Below the pieces are notes generated by a model, which ran no database searches, was not told the origin of the DNA, and saw only the letters and a list, made by a program, of their open reading frames with translations. From a virus (Duplodnaviria > Caudoviricetes), in IMG/VR virus record IMGVR_UViG_3300045738_000688, positions 1 through 40,445 of that record: a stretch of 40,445 bases of DNA. One strand, given 5' to 3'. This document shows positions 18,887-27,961 of this stretch, piece by piece. The position numbers and the translations under genes are program-made. Each line of letters starts with the position of its first letter. Within the stretch, counting starts at the first letter, position 1.

Positions 18887-18907
18887 CCACCAACACACAT
18901 CATCATC

Positions 18908-19657
18908 ATGAGCCACGAATATCAAACAGAACCGCAGCACGTAGGATCAGCGTTCTCCAGCCTTGACTTAGAAACTATGGTCGAGGGCAAATGTAACCGC
19001 TGTCAGGAACCACTGGGGCTAGTCCTCAAAGCATTCGAGGGTGGCACTGCCTGTGACCCGTGCGTCGAGAAGTGGGAGCAGAGCCGACGCATCGAAGCAT
19101 GCCGTGGGTTCTGGAAGGACTTCTGCCCGAAGCTCTACGCGAACACCGATACCAATCACGCAGACTTTCAGCGCATCTGGCCTCTGGTGGCTGCTTACCA
19201 AGATCCGAAGCAGAACCTGATCCTCTGTGGTGCCTCGGGGTCATGCAAGACGAGGGCAATGATGCATCGCCTGAAGATATGCCTACTCAAAGGTCGATCA
19301 GTAGGCGTCCTGTGGGCTGACGCACTCGACGATGCCATAGAGTCGCGCAAGATGGCGAAATTCCGTGAAGCTATGCTGGAGCCGTCTGTGCTGGGCATTG
19401 ATGACTTCCTCACCTCCGGCAGTGCGTTCGAGAACGTCACCAAGTTCCTGAAGGGGTTGTTAGACGTTCGCCTTCGCGATGGCAAGACCACGATCATCAC
19501 GACGAACCTTAATGCACGAGACATCGAGAGCGACTCAGGCAAGTTCAACAACCGCACGAAGGCAGATCAGCAGCGTGTGAGCGCGATCATCCGTCGCCTG
19601 CGTGGGCAGTTCAAGACCATCGACTTCGATGCGGGCGTGGGGGACGCAAAATGGTAA
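18908..19657 (+). CDS. DnaC/IstB-like AAA+ ATPase (helicase loader) with N-terminal Zn finger
   Basis: CNRC...CDPC; Walker A GASGSCKT; Walker B LGIDDF; TIITTN; IRRL. Confidence 0.8.
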   Translation: MSHEYQTEPQHVGSAFSSLDLETMVEGKCNRCQEPLGLVLKAFEGGTACDPCVEKWEQSRRIEACRGFWKDFCPKLYANTDTNHADFQRIWPLVAAYQDPKQNLILCGASGSCKTRAMMHRLKICLLKGRSVGVLWADALDDAIESRKMAKFREAMLEPSVLGIDDFLTSGSAFENVTKFLKGLLDVRLRDGKTTIITTNLNARDIESDSGKFNNRTKADQQRVSAIIRRLRGQFKTIDFDAGVGDAKW

Positions 19658-20154
19658 TGAGCGACAAACCCATCAGAGACTACCGTATCGTGTGCTACGA
19701 TCAGGAGCGCGTGAACCAAGCAATCCGCATCCTTACCAACTACACTGGGGTGGACGAGAAGCACCAGATCGTCGTCACCATCGAGCCATACAAGCGAAGC
19801 ACCTCGAAAGAGCAGCAGCGCACCATCCGGTGGTGGTATAAGATTTGGAGCGATTCAGATCCAGCCTGCCGGACTCCTGCCGAGCTGCACGAGCACTGCA
19901 AGAAGAAGTTCCTCATGCCTCTGCTCGAAACCAAGGACGAAGCCTACCGTGACAAGATGGCCGATCTTCGTGGGCTATGGGAGGCAGGCGAAACCAAGTC
20001 GGCAGAGCGCGAGTTCGCTACACTGCTCTGGTTGTCCTCCACGACCAAGCTGAACGTCACCGAGATGAAGGGCTTCATGGAGTCAGTATTCAACGAGGCC
20101 GAGTCAGTTGGCATCACACTTCCAATCCCAGACAAATCGAAACGTGGCTCGTAA
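19657..20154 (+). CDS. ninB: NinB-like recombination protein
   Basis: VTIEPYKRSTSKEQQRTIRWW...LHEHCKKKFL...STTKLNVTEM..FME.V..A...GITLP.P; TAATG coupling to the ATPase gene. Confidence 0.75.
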   Translation: MSDKPIRDYRIVCYDQERVNQAIRILTNYTGVDEKHQIVVTIEPYKRSTSKEQQRTIRWWYKIWSDSDPACRTPAELHEHCKKKFLMPLLETKDEAYRDKMADLRGLWEAGETKSAEREFATLLWLSSTTKLNVTEMKGFMESVFNEAESVGITLPIPDKSKRGS

Positions 20155-20488
20155 ACATAAGGCCACGAAGCCACTGGAACCCGTGGAGCTTCCCATGTCC
20201 GTCAACCCGTATCACAGGGCAGTAGCACTGGCCAAGCAGACGGATGATGTGGACATGCCAATCGCTTTCAATCACCCCACACAGATCCGTGCAGCAGGCA
20301 GCATTCGAAAGATGGTGCCGCTGGGAAAGGACTGCCGTGGCATCGAAGGCTTCGACATAACCGTGCAGAGTCGCAGGGGTGCCACCATGCAGATCAAGCT
20401 GCTCGAAGCACACGGGCAGATATACCATTCCTTTACCGAGGCAGACGAAGATGTCGCCAAATACAAACAAGCAAGAGGACACACATAA
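20144..20488 (+). CDS. Hypothetical protein
   Basis: Start uncertain (GTG 20144 or ATG 20195); fills the operon. Confidence 0.6.
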   Translation: MARKHKATKPLEPVELPMSVNPYHRAVALAKQTDDVDMPIAFNHPTQIRAAGSIRKMVPLGKDCRGIEGFDITVQSRRGATMQIKLLEAHGQIYHSFTEADEDVAKYKQARGHT

Positions 20489-20784
20489 TGAGAATAATGA
20501 ACTGGACAAGAGCTATGGCTCAATTCGAAGCGCAAGGATTTGACTGTCGCCGGATGAATGAGGAGGAGGAGGCAGAGCACAACCGTCTCGTGCCCGATCC
20601 TGAACCCGTGGTGTATGAGCAGCTATCACTGGCAAAGCGCATACAGCAGATGAAGCGTGTAAGGCATCTCGTCTACGTCAAAAAGATCGCAGTCCGTGCT
20701 GCCTGTCAGAAGGTTGGCATCGGATACGAGAACTATAAATCTGTCCGATGTGCGCACCGCAAAGGATTAACCAAAAGGCCGTAA
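20488..20784 (+). CDS. Hypothetical protein, possible C-terminal HTH
   Basis: TAATG coupling; IAVRAACQKVGIGYENYK is HTH-like. Confidence 0.6.
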   Translation: MRIMNWTRAMAQFEAQGFDCRRMNEEEEAEHNRLVPDPEPVVYEQLSLAKRIQQMKRVRHLVYVKKIAVRAACQKVGIGYENYKSVRCAHRKGLTKRP

Positions 20785-20788
20785 CATC

Positions 20789-21313
20789 ATGGATTCAATT
20801 CACACATCATTCCCGAAGCACCACCGAGTCCTCGCACTCGATCTCGCTACCAAGACAGGCTGGGCAACACTGGAGGACGGCATCCTCAAGTGTGGCACCG
20901 AGCACTTCATACGTCGCAAAGGCCGCAGAACCAAGGAGGATGAGCACGAGGGCATCCAATACAGCCGCATGGAAATCTGGCTCTGGAAGTTCCTCGGGGA
21001 GCTACAGCCGGACATGGTTGTCTTCGAGGAGACCGCAGGTCACTTCAAGACCGTCTCAGCGTCTCGCACTGCATTCGGGTGGCGTTCTCTCATGATGGCA
21101 TGCTGCGCACGTAAGAGCATCCCCGCCGTGTCCGTAGCAGCCGGAACCGTAAAGAAGTATGCCACAGGATCGGGTCGTGCTGAGAAGGCAGAAATGATCC
21201 ACGCAGCAAAGCAGAAGTTCGTCGGTCTCGACATCGCGGACGACAACGCAGCAGATGCTGTCCACATCTTGTGCTACGGCATGAGCACGAAATACCAACT
21301 AGAGAGTTTTTAA
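20789..21313 (+). CDS. RuvC-like Holliday junction resolvase
   Basis: VLALDLATKTGWA...VVFEE...TVKKYATGSGRAEKAEM...DDNAADA. Confidence 0.88.
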   Translation: MDSIHTSFPKHHRVLALDLATKTGWATLEDGILKCGTEHFIRRKGRRTKEDEHEGIQYSRMEIWLWKFLGELQPDMVVFEETAGHFKTVSASRTAFGWRSLMMACCARKSIPAVSVAAGTVKKYATGSGRAEKAEMIHAAKQKFVGLDIADDNAADAVHILCYGMSTKYQLESF

Positions 21314-21314
21314 T

Positions 21315-21596
21315 ATGAGTTCAGTAAGACAACGCAGGAAGAAATTACGAGTAGACGGCATCTGGCATGATGCGCAGGACAACAAGGTCGAGATCATCAA
21401 GATTAAATACGGCAAGGTCACGTTTCGGATTCTAGAGCTGACCGAGCACATCCCAACGAAGCAGCCGGACGGCAGGGTGCAGCTAATGCCGATGGAGGAT
21501 CGCACGGACACGCTGCCTGTCGAGACGTTCATTGCATCGCCCACAGGTTTTGACTGCATGTCAGAGACTGGCAGGGTGAGGAACAAACTTTGGTAG
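21315..21596 (+). CDS. Hypothetical protein
   Basis: 93 aa, directly after the resolvase. Confidence 0.65.
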   Translation: MSSVRQRRKKLRVDGIWHDAQDNKVEIIKIKYGKVTFRILELTEHIPTKQPDGRVQLMPMEDRTDTLPVETFIASPTGFDCMSETGRVRNKLW

Positions 21597-21632
21597 GTCG
21601 GAGCTTGACACCTACTAAGGTTTGAGCATTGT
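21585..21632 (+). promoter_or_regulatory. Promoter/operator P4
   Basis: AAACTTTGGTAGGTC-GGAGC-TTGACA-CCTACTAAG...(16 nt)-CATTGT. Confidence 0.7.
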
Positions 21633-21685
21633 AGTGGGTAGATCAGCGCGATTGCTGACGCTCACACATAACTCAAATCATCATT

Positions 21686-21904
21686 ATGACCAACGAACGC
21701 TTCAACTTCCTTCTCTCATTTCCTAAGTTCACACTGGCTATTGCAAATCGTCGCGAAGACGAGGCCGAGGAAATCCTCAAGCAGAATTGCACAGTTGCTC
21801 CTGCCTGCCATGCGAACGAATACGCCATTACAGTGCAGGCTACATTTGGGGTCGATAGCGACCAAGCTGATCGGGCATGGGAACTCGTGTCTAACTTCGC
21901 TTAA
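21686..21904 (+). CDS. Hypothetical protein
   Basis: 72 aa; first gene after P4. Confidence 0.65.
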   Translation: MTNERFNFLLSFPKFTLAIANRREDEAEEILKQNCTVAPACHANEYAITVQATFGVDSDQADRAWELVSNFA

Positions 21905-21911
21905 CTAACCC

Positions 21912-21949
21912 ACGGGGAGCAGCATCCTACACTGCACACACATCATGAA
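21912..21949 (+). repeat. 38-bp leader repeat, copy 2
   Basis: ACGGGGAGCAGCATCCTACACTGCACACACATCATGAA. Confidence 0.9.
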
Positions 21950-22055
21950 CTCAGCATCATCATCACTACTCATCGCAGCAGCACTCCTCCTCGTAGCTTA
22001 CGGGGTCGCCTGCCTACTCAACCGCTTCGGCTTTTTCGGGAGGGACGCATCATGA
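21945..22055 (+). CDS. Small membrane peptide, 36 aa
   Basis: Not in the track. MNSASSSLLIAAALLLVAYGVACLLNRFGFFGRDAS; ATG lies inside the leader repeat. Confidence 0.6.
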   Translation: MNSASSSLLIAAALLLVAYGVACLLNRFGFFGRDAS

Positions 22056-22231
22056 ACACAGTAGACCTCACTAGGCTCGCGGACTCAATCGACGAGGCTC
22101 CACCGGAGGATCTAGAATTCAAGCGGTTCGTCTCGCAGGTGAAGTCCAATGGCAAGCGCAAGCGGGATGTCCGCAAGAAGGTGCTGGCGGGGGTTCTCAA
22201 GCTTCGCGAGAACAGGGAGAACACGCACTAG
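22052..22231 (+). CDS. Hypothetical basic protein, 59 aa
   Basis: Not in the track. ATGA overlap; MNTVDLTRLADSIDEAPP... Confidence 0.55.
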   Translation: MNTVDLTRLADSIDEAPPEDLEFKRFVSQVKSNGKRKRDVRKKVLAGVLKLRENRENTH

Positions 22232-22348
22232 GAGCGGCAGCGAGTCGTTGCCGTGCTTCGGGAGGTTCTGATTTCCCTTTTCTTTTACACTCAACCGTAG
22301 TAGGGATCAACCAACCCAATTAATTATGTTTAATCGAATCCAACAGCC

Positions 22349-22759
22349 ATGAGCAACGCAACAGACGACGCACGCATAGCTGAGCTACGCGACCAACTGA
22401 CGCCGAAGCGATTCGCTCTGGCTACTGCCATACTCGATGGAAAGAACCCCAGCGAGGCTGGTAAGATCGCCAAATTCGCTTCCATGACCACCACGTCCGA
22501 AGCATTACATCATCCGAAGGTTTCCGAATACATCAGCCTGTGCAGGAAGAAAGCTGCCACAACCGCCGTCATGACTCGTGAGGTTGCCAACCAGAAGCTC
22601 GCTGACGTCGTGAATGGTAGTGGTCGCTTCGAACGCTCAAGCGCGTCAGAGGCCACTGGAGCCGTTCGTGAGCTTGCCAAGATCAACGGGTGGTATGAGC
22701 CGGAGAGGCAGGAGATCACCGGATCACTCGTGGATCGCATTCGAAAGGGACGCAAATGA
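22349..22759 (+). CDS. terS: Terminase small subunit
   Basis: LTPKRFALA..ILDGKNPSEAGKIAKF...L.HPKVSEYI...MTRE...A..ELAKINGWY; HTH-type TerS upstream of TerL. Confidence 0.8.
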   Translation: MSNATDDARIAELRDQLTPKRFALATAILDGKNPSEAGKIAKFASMTTTSEALHHPKVSEYISLCRKKAATTAVMTREVANQKLADVVNGSGRFERSSASEATGAVRELAKINGWYEPERQEITGSLVDRIRKGRK

Positions 22760-22929
22760 GCGTGCTGGAATACCACCGTCAGATGTGCGCTCTGGTCACG
22801 TTCATCGCGAAGCATCAGGTTCTGCTCTCGTCGCCTTCGTTGCACTCGGATGATACACGTCCCCAGAATCCGTCAAGCTAATTCACAGCGCACTCAGCGC
22901 AACACACACAACATCAACCACATCCAATC

Positions 22930-23280
22930 ATGAACACACCACCGCCTCAATACTTATTAGATCAAGCCGAGGACATCCTCTCTGACTTCGATTACCTTTC
23001 CATTCACGTCGCTGTAACCGCACTGGATGATGTCAGTGTATTCACGGGTTTACCTCCGACCATTAAAGCACTAAAGGATCGAGCAAGGAAATTGGTGATG
23101 GATACTGTATATGATTGGCCTAACTCCCCGACTGGATATGTGCGGAATGAGATTTTAAACTGGAAGTGTGTCATTCTAGAGCGAGATCCTCTTGCCGAAG
23201 ATGATATGTGTGAGGACGACTCGCACATCGTAGCCTTAAGCTACGTCCTCGCTGAATCAGATGGGAGCAATTTCGCATGA
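22930..23280 (+). CDS. Hypothetical protein
   Basis: 116 aa; CA-rich leader. Confidence 0.65.
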   Translation: MNTPPPQYLLDQAEDILSDFDYLSIHVAVTALDDVSVFTGLPPTIKALKDRARKLVMDTVYDWPNSPTGYVRNEILNWKCVILERDPLAEDDMCEDDSHIVALSYVLAESDGSNFA

Positions 23281-23585
23281 GCACCAACACCATCCTGCTC
23301 GGCATCATCGCCACCTGCGCTGTCATCACCGCAGCAGCACCGTGGATCTTCCGCTGGTTCACGCTTCGAAAGCAGGCAGCGTTCCAGAGGGCAGAGCAAG
23401 AGACCGAGGCATGGCTGGAGCGTGAGGCCGAGATCATCGAGATCGACCAAGCCTGCCCGAGCTGCGGTTCCCGTCACGTCATCCAGTGCTACCGTTCAGC
23501 ATTCCCATTCGAATGCACCTGCAAGGTCTGCGAGAACGAGGTCACTTACTCCGAGGGGGGCGTGCAGTCATGGAAGAACCGATGA
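23277..23585 (+). CDS. Membrane-anchored Zn-ribbon protein
   Basis: N-terminal TM helix; CPSC...CKVC; ATGA overlaps at both ends. Confidence 0.65.
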   Translation: MSTNTILLGIIATCAVITAAAPWIFRWFTLRKQAAFQRAEQETEAWLEREAEIIEIDQACPSCGSRHVIQCYRSAFPFECTCKVCENEVTYSEGGVQSWKNR

Positions 23586-25186
23586 GCAGCGTGATCGATA
23601 AATACCCCAGCATCAACCTCTCTGACTACCTCGCGCCGGAAGGCATGACTCTCGACGAGTTCGAGGGTCGACTGCATGAGCCGCTGTTCAGGCTCTGCAA
23701 CCTCTACAGCATCACGGACAAGGAAGCCGCGACAGTGAAGTTCACTCCTACATGGCCTCAGTGCGTTGTGCTCCACAGTGTGTTCGTTGAGGGCAGGCAG
23801 CGTATCGCGATCCCAAAGGCACGACAGCTCGGGTTCAGCACGCTTATTGCCATCATCGCATTCGACAAGGCATACTTTGGTGATGGTCAGCAGTGCTCCA
23901 TCGTCGACAGGACTCGTGATGATGCCGAAGCCAAGCTCGACAAGGTGGCATTCGCATTTAAGCACCTCGACCCAGAGCTACGTGAGGGTGCCGGACTGAT
24001 CGTCGAGAAGAACTCGCAGATGGCATGGTCGAATGGTGGATCAGTAGCAGCAGGTAAGAACGCTCGTGGCGGCACCAATCAGTTGCTGCACATCTCCGAG
24101 TGGGGTGTCATCGCCTACGAAGACCCGAAGCGTTCAGCCGAGATCGTGTCCGGTGCCATCCCATCGTGCTCAGGGCTAAACTCGATCATCTTCGGTGAGA
24201 GCACCTACAAGGGTGGCCGAGGTGGTGACTGGTATCAGGTGCTTCGCTCGGGCATGGAGTGCTCAGACGAGGACAGGACGGTGCTCGACTGGACTGTGCT
24301 GTTCTTTGAGTGGTTCCTCGAACCAGCCTACACGCTCGAAGGTAGCCTGAACCGACTCACCCCGCAGGATCACAAGTATTTCGCGGAGATGGAGAAGGAG
24401 ACCGGATACACGTTCACCGATGGACAGAAGCTCTGGTATGTGGTCACGCGAGACATAGTGCAGGGTCGCTGGATGCCTCGTGAGTATCCCACAGTCATGT
24501 CCGAGATGTGGTCAGTGCGCGAGGAGGGGCAGATTTACGCATCGATGCTGGACAAGGCACGAGTAGACGGACGCATCAGCAATGACGTCCGCTACTATGA
24601 GCAGCTCCCCGTGTATGCTGCACTGGACATCGGAGCACCGGAGAACACGAAGTGCGTGATCTTTCAGGTGGTGGCTGACCGCATTGTCTACCTCGAAGCC
24701 AAGTCCGGTGGTGACGACATCATCACACCGCTCGACTGGATCAAGTGGATGACGGGCAAGACCTACCGCTTTGGATCTATCTTCATGCCGCACGATGCCG
24801 AGGCAGTGTGGTTGCCGCTCTTCAAGCAGATGGGAGTGACCACGGCAGTGTGCCTCAAGCGTCCCATGAGTGTGTGGGATAACATTATCTATGCGCAGAC
24901 CCAGTTCAGTCGGTGCGAGTTCCACAAGGACGGGTGCCATGTCAGCGATGGCAAGGACGATGTCGGTCTCGTGGGATCACTCGAGTCATTCCACTGTGTG
25001 ATGGAGAAGGACGGACAGACAGTCAAAGAGGTGCCACTGCACGACTGGAGTTCTCACTTCTCAACGTGCTTCGGATACAGTCATCAGGCAATGAAGGACG
25101 GCATGCTGGTTGACCGTAGCGCGATACCAGTGATGCAGGGGACACCACGGAAACCACGGGTCAGCATGGGGAGACGGAGACGATAA
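23582..25186 (+). CDS. terL: Terminase large subunit
   Basis: IPKARQLGFST (Walker A), LHISEWG (Walker B), ESTYKG, nuclease motifs ALDIG, PHDA and HDWSSH. ATG at 23582 preferred. Confidence 0.93.
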   Translation: MSSVIDKYPSINLSDYLAPEGMTLDEFEGRLHEPLFRLCNLYSITDKEAATVKFTPTWPQCVVLHSVFVEGRQRIAIPKARQLGFSTLIAIIAFDKAYFGDGQQCSIVDRTRDDAEAKLDKVAFAFKHLDPELREGAGLIVEKNSQMAWSNGGSVAAGKNARGGTNQLLHISEWGVIAYEDPKRSAEIVSGAIPSCSGLNSIIFGESTYKGGRGGDWYQVLRSGMECSDEDRTVLDWTVLFFEWFLEPAYTLEGSLNRLTPQDHKYFAEMEKETGYTFTDGQKLWYVVTRDIVQGRWMPREYPTVMSEMWSVREEGQIYASMLDKARVDGRISNDVRYYEQLPVYAALDIGAPENTKCVIFQVVADRIVYLEAKSGGDDIITPLDWIKWMTGKTYRFGSIFMPHDAEAVWLPLFKQMGVTTAVCLKRPMSVWDNIIYAQTQFSRCEFHKDGCHVSDGKDDVGLVGSLESFHCVMEKDGQTVKEVPLHDWSSHFSTCFGYSHQAMKDGMLVDRSAIPVMQGTPRKPRVSMGRRRR

Positions 25187-25188
25187 TT

Positions 25189-25434
25189 ATGAAGACTATA
25201 TACGGTATGTTTGAATCGAAATCAACAGGGTCTATGGGGCATGGCATGGGGATGGGATCTGTCGAGGTGCTGGGAGCGGAGGAGTTCGGCTGGACTCGTC
25301 GTGAGCAGTTCCCGTTGTTTGACAGCTCCAAGAAGGATCGCAACGAGAATCTACCCACTACCTCGGAGAAAGGTGAAAGTTCCGAGAAGGTGGGCAACAA
25401 TCACCCAACAGTGAAGCCACTGAAGCTCGCGTAA
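25189..25434 (+). CDS. Hypothetical protein
   Basis: 81 aa; fills the gap exactly. Confidence 0.5.
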   Translation: MKTIYGMFESKSTGSMGHGMGMGSVEVLGAEEFGWTRREQFPLFDSSKKDRNENLPTTSEKGESSEKVGNNHPTVKPLKLA

Positions 25435-25436
25435 CG

Positions 25437-25832
25437 ATGAGAGCACCGATCTGGATTGCCAAGGAGGCATACGAGGCAGGGGAGTGCGAGTTCTCGTGGC
25501 GGGAGTCGCTGAATGCACACATGGCACAGGGCTACTGCATCAGCAGGCCGGACTACTTCATCATGGCTCGTCCGGTGGTGAAGGATGCACCGGAGCAGCT
25601 CATCCTCGACTGCAACCATGTGTTCGACGTGCAACGTTGCAACTGCTGGCATGTGTGGATGGCTGCGGGCGATGCACTCCCTTCACTCTGGACTCAAACA
25701 CCTCATGAATTTGAATGGACATCCTACCAGTCCTTGAAGTCCAAGGGCTACGCAATCAAATACCGCTCACTTGAAAGGCTCAGATCATGGGAAAAGGGAA
25801 AATCAAACCAACGCCAAAAGCAGCACCACTAG
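25437..25832 (+). CDS. Hypothetical protein (possibly GNAT-fold)
   Basis: GYCISRPDYFIMARPV...CWHVWMAAGD; position between TerL and portal. Confidence 0.6.
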   Translation: MRAPIWIAKEAYEAGECEFSWRESLNAHMAQGYCISRPDYFIMARPVVKDAPEQLILDCNHVFDVQRCNCWHVWMAAGDALPSLWTQTPHEFEWTSYQSLKSKGYAIKYRSLERLRSWEKGKSNQRQKQHH

Positions 25833-25963
25833 CAACACCGTCCGAGGCAGACACAGCGCAGGTCAAGCGTTCAAGCCAGCAGGAAGCAGCACGCCGTAAG
25901 AAGCGACAGCAGACCGTGTTCGGTGGCTCGTCATCCCTCGGAGCCAACAACGTCCTCGGATAA
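25787..25963 (+). CDS. Small virion assembly protein (T7 gp7.3-like), 58 aa
   Basis: Not in the track. MGKGKIKPTPKAAP...RRKKRQQTVFGG..LG; TAATG coupling to the portal gene. Confidence 0.65.
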   Translation: MGKGKIKPTPKAAPLATPSEADTAQVKRSSQQEAARRKKRQQTVFGGSSSLGANNVLG

Positions 25964-27642
25964 TGCGCAACGTAACCAAAGCAGATGCAGGTGCTCTGAT
26001 CCTCGAAGGCAAGGCAGCGAAGTCTCACTACGATGGACTGTGGGCAACGATTCACCGTGCCATTGGTGACTACTACATCCCGCAGAACAGTGCGATCAAC
26101 GCGCTGAAGACACCGAGCACTGAGGAGTGGACGGAAGGGCTTTACGACACCACAGCGGTTCACGCAGCACAGACATTCACAGCAGGTTGCTACGACTACA
26201 TGGTGTCCGGCGAGTTCTTCGACTTCGACGCACCAAAGAAGAACGGTGTGGCACATCCAATCGCGAAGGACTGGTATCACCAGTGTGCCGAGATCGTGCT
26301 GGAACTAATCAACGAGTCCAACTGGGCATTGAAGATTCAGGATCACCTGCAAGACCGGAACACCTTTGGGACAGCTTGCATAGATCTGGAGAAGGGGAAG
26401 CGCACGCTCTACTCCTTCGGCACCACACGAGTCGGTCGCTTCTACCCACAGTCAGATGATGACGGCTACATCGATGTGATGTTCTACGAGCACAAGTGGA
26501 CTGCGAAGAAGATCGTGGACAAGTTCGGCATCGACAACGTGTCCAGCGAGGTTGCCACAGCTTACGGGGATGACAGTCGCAAGGCATTGACGAAATACAC
26601 CATTTGGCGAAAGACAGGCACACGCAATGCAGGTAGCCGAGAGCACGGCAAGATCGATGCACTCAACAAGGAATTTGAATCCGTATGGTGTGAAGAGGAA
26701 GCCCGTCACGTCCTCTACGAGTCCGGCTACGATGAGCAGCCATTCGTGGGGTCACGCTTCGCACAGTGGGGTGATGACGATTTCGGTTGGAGTCCAGCAG
26801 TGCTGATCCTTCCTACCGTCCGCACGCTGAATGACGTGATGAAGTCGCTGGTGGCACTAGGAGAGATTCAGGTGTGGCCGCGCACAATGGTTCCAGACAA
26901 TTTGAAGGACGTCATCGCTTGGGAAGCTGGTGGCGTCACCGTGTATCCAGCAGGCGTTGACAATGCCCCTGCCGTATGGGGTGACAACAACGGTGGATTC
27001 GCAGAAGGCGAGAAGCTGGTGCAGCAGTTCCGTGAGCAGATCAAGGATGCCTACCACGTCGATCTGTTCAGGGCACTCGCAGAGCGCACGAAGACGATGA
27101 CAGCAACCGAGGTGCTTGAGCTGGTGCAGGAGAAGTTAGTGAACTTCCGGCCTACCTTCGCACGGTTCACATCCGAGACACTTGATCCACTACTTCAGCG
27201 CATGTTCGCGATGGCCTTCCGTGATGGGAGATTCCCTCCGGTGCCTCCTGAAGTGGTCGCGTGGGAGAACGGGGAGATGAGTGTCCCTGCGCCACGTCCG
27301 GCCTACGTGAGCAAGATCGCACGGGCTATGCGTGCTCTGGAGAACAAGAGCACACTGGACTTCTTCCAGCAGGCAGCATTCCTGCTCGACCTCGATCCGA
27401 TGCTACTGGCCGACAACTACAATCTCGATGAGATGATGCGTGGACTCGGGGACAACAACTCGTTGCCAACCGAATACAAGCGTCCAGCCAAGGATCGTGA
27501 CGAGATCCGTCAGGCACGTCAGGAGCAGGAGCAGGCAGCACAGGCCGCAGAGCTTGCGAAGACAGGTAGCGAGGCAGCACGCAACATCGGATCAATACCG
27601 GAGGCTGCACGTCAGGACTTCGCAGATGCCATCGACATCTAA
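25963..27642 (+). CDS. Portal (head-tail connector) protein
   Basis: LYDTTAVHA...FGTACI...PFVGSRF...FGWSPA...MTATEV; podovirus portal signature, 559 aa. Confidence 0.93.
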   Translation: MRNVTKADAGALILEGKAAKSHYDGLWATIHRAIGDYYIPQNSAINALKTPSTEEWTEGLYDTTAVHAAQTFTAGCYDYMVSGEFFDFDAPKKNGVAHPIAKDWYHQCAEIVLELINESNWALKIQDHLQDRNTFGTACIDLEKGKRTLYSFGTTRVGRFYPQSDDDGYIDVMFYEHKWTAKKIVDKFGIDNVSSEVATAYGDDSRKALTKYTIWRKTGTRNAGSREHGKIDALNKEFESVWCEEEARHVLYESGYDEQPFVGSRFAQWGDDDFGWSPAVLILPTVRTLNDVMKSLVALGEIQVWPRTMVPDNLKDVIAWEAGGVTVYPAGVDNAPAVWGDNNGGFAEGEKLVQQFREQIKDAYHVDLFRALAERTKTMTATEVLELVQEKLVNFRPTFARFTSETLDPLLQRMFAMAFRDGRFPPVPPEVVAWENGEMSVPAPRPAYVSKIARAMRALENKSTLDFFQQAAFLLDLDPMLLADNYNLDEMMRGLGDNNSLPTEYKRPAKDRDEIRQARQEQEQAAQAAELAKTGSEAARNIGSIPEAARQDFADAIDI

Positions 27643-27645
27643 TTT

Positions 27646-27957
27646 ATGTCAACGAAACCAACCCAACCAAACGAACCACGTCAGCCCTCGCAGGCTGAGA
27701 TCGAAGCAGACAAGATAGCACAGCATTTCCACCGAGTATTCGGTAAGGATGCAGCCCACCGGAGCAAGAGCCAGAAGTATATCATCGAGTGGCTCGAAGC
27801 AACGGTGGGCATGCCTTGCTTCACGAAAGTGCCTACGGGCTTCTGTGCAACCGCTGCCGCCTTGAATGACGGTCAGCGTATCATAGCAAATCACATCCTG
27901 AAGCAGCTCAAGTCTGAGCCTGTGACAGTCACAACCAAACCAACCGTAACCAAATAA
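27646..27957 (+). CDS. Bbp19-like protein
   Basis: FHRVFG...IIEWL...AALNDGQRII..HI, directly after the portal gene. Confidence 0.7.
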   Translation: MSTKPTQPNEPRQPSQAEIEADKIAQHFHRVFGKDAAHRSKSQKYIIEWLEATVGMPCFTKVPTGFCATAAALNDGQRIIANHILKQLKSEPVTVTTKPTVTK

Positions 27958-27961
27958 CACC

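Noticed and set aside
22850-22876. Antisense promoter TTGACG-15-TATCAT facing terS
   Set aside because: The 15-nt spacer is short, the shared operator is absent and no downstream product is evident.
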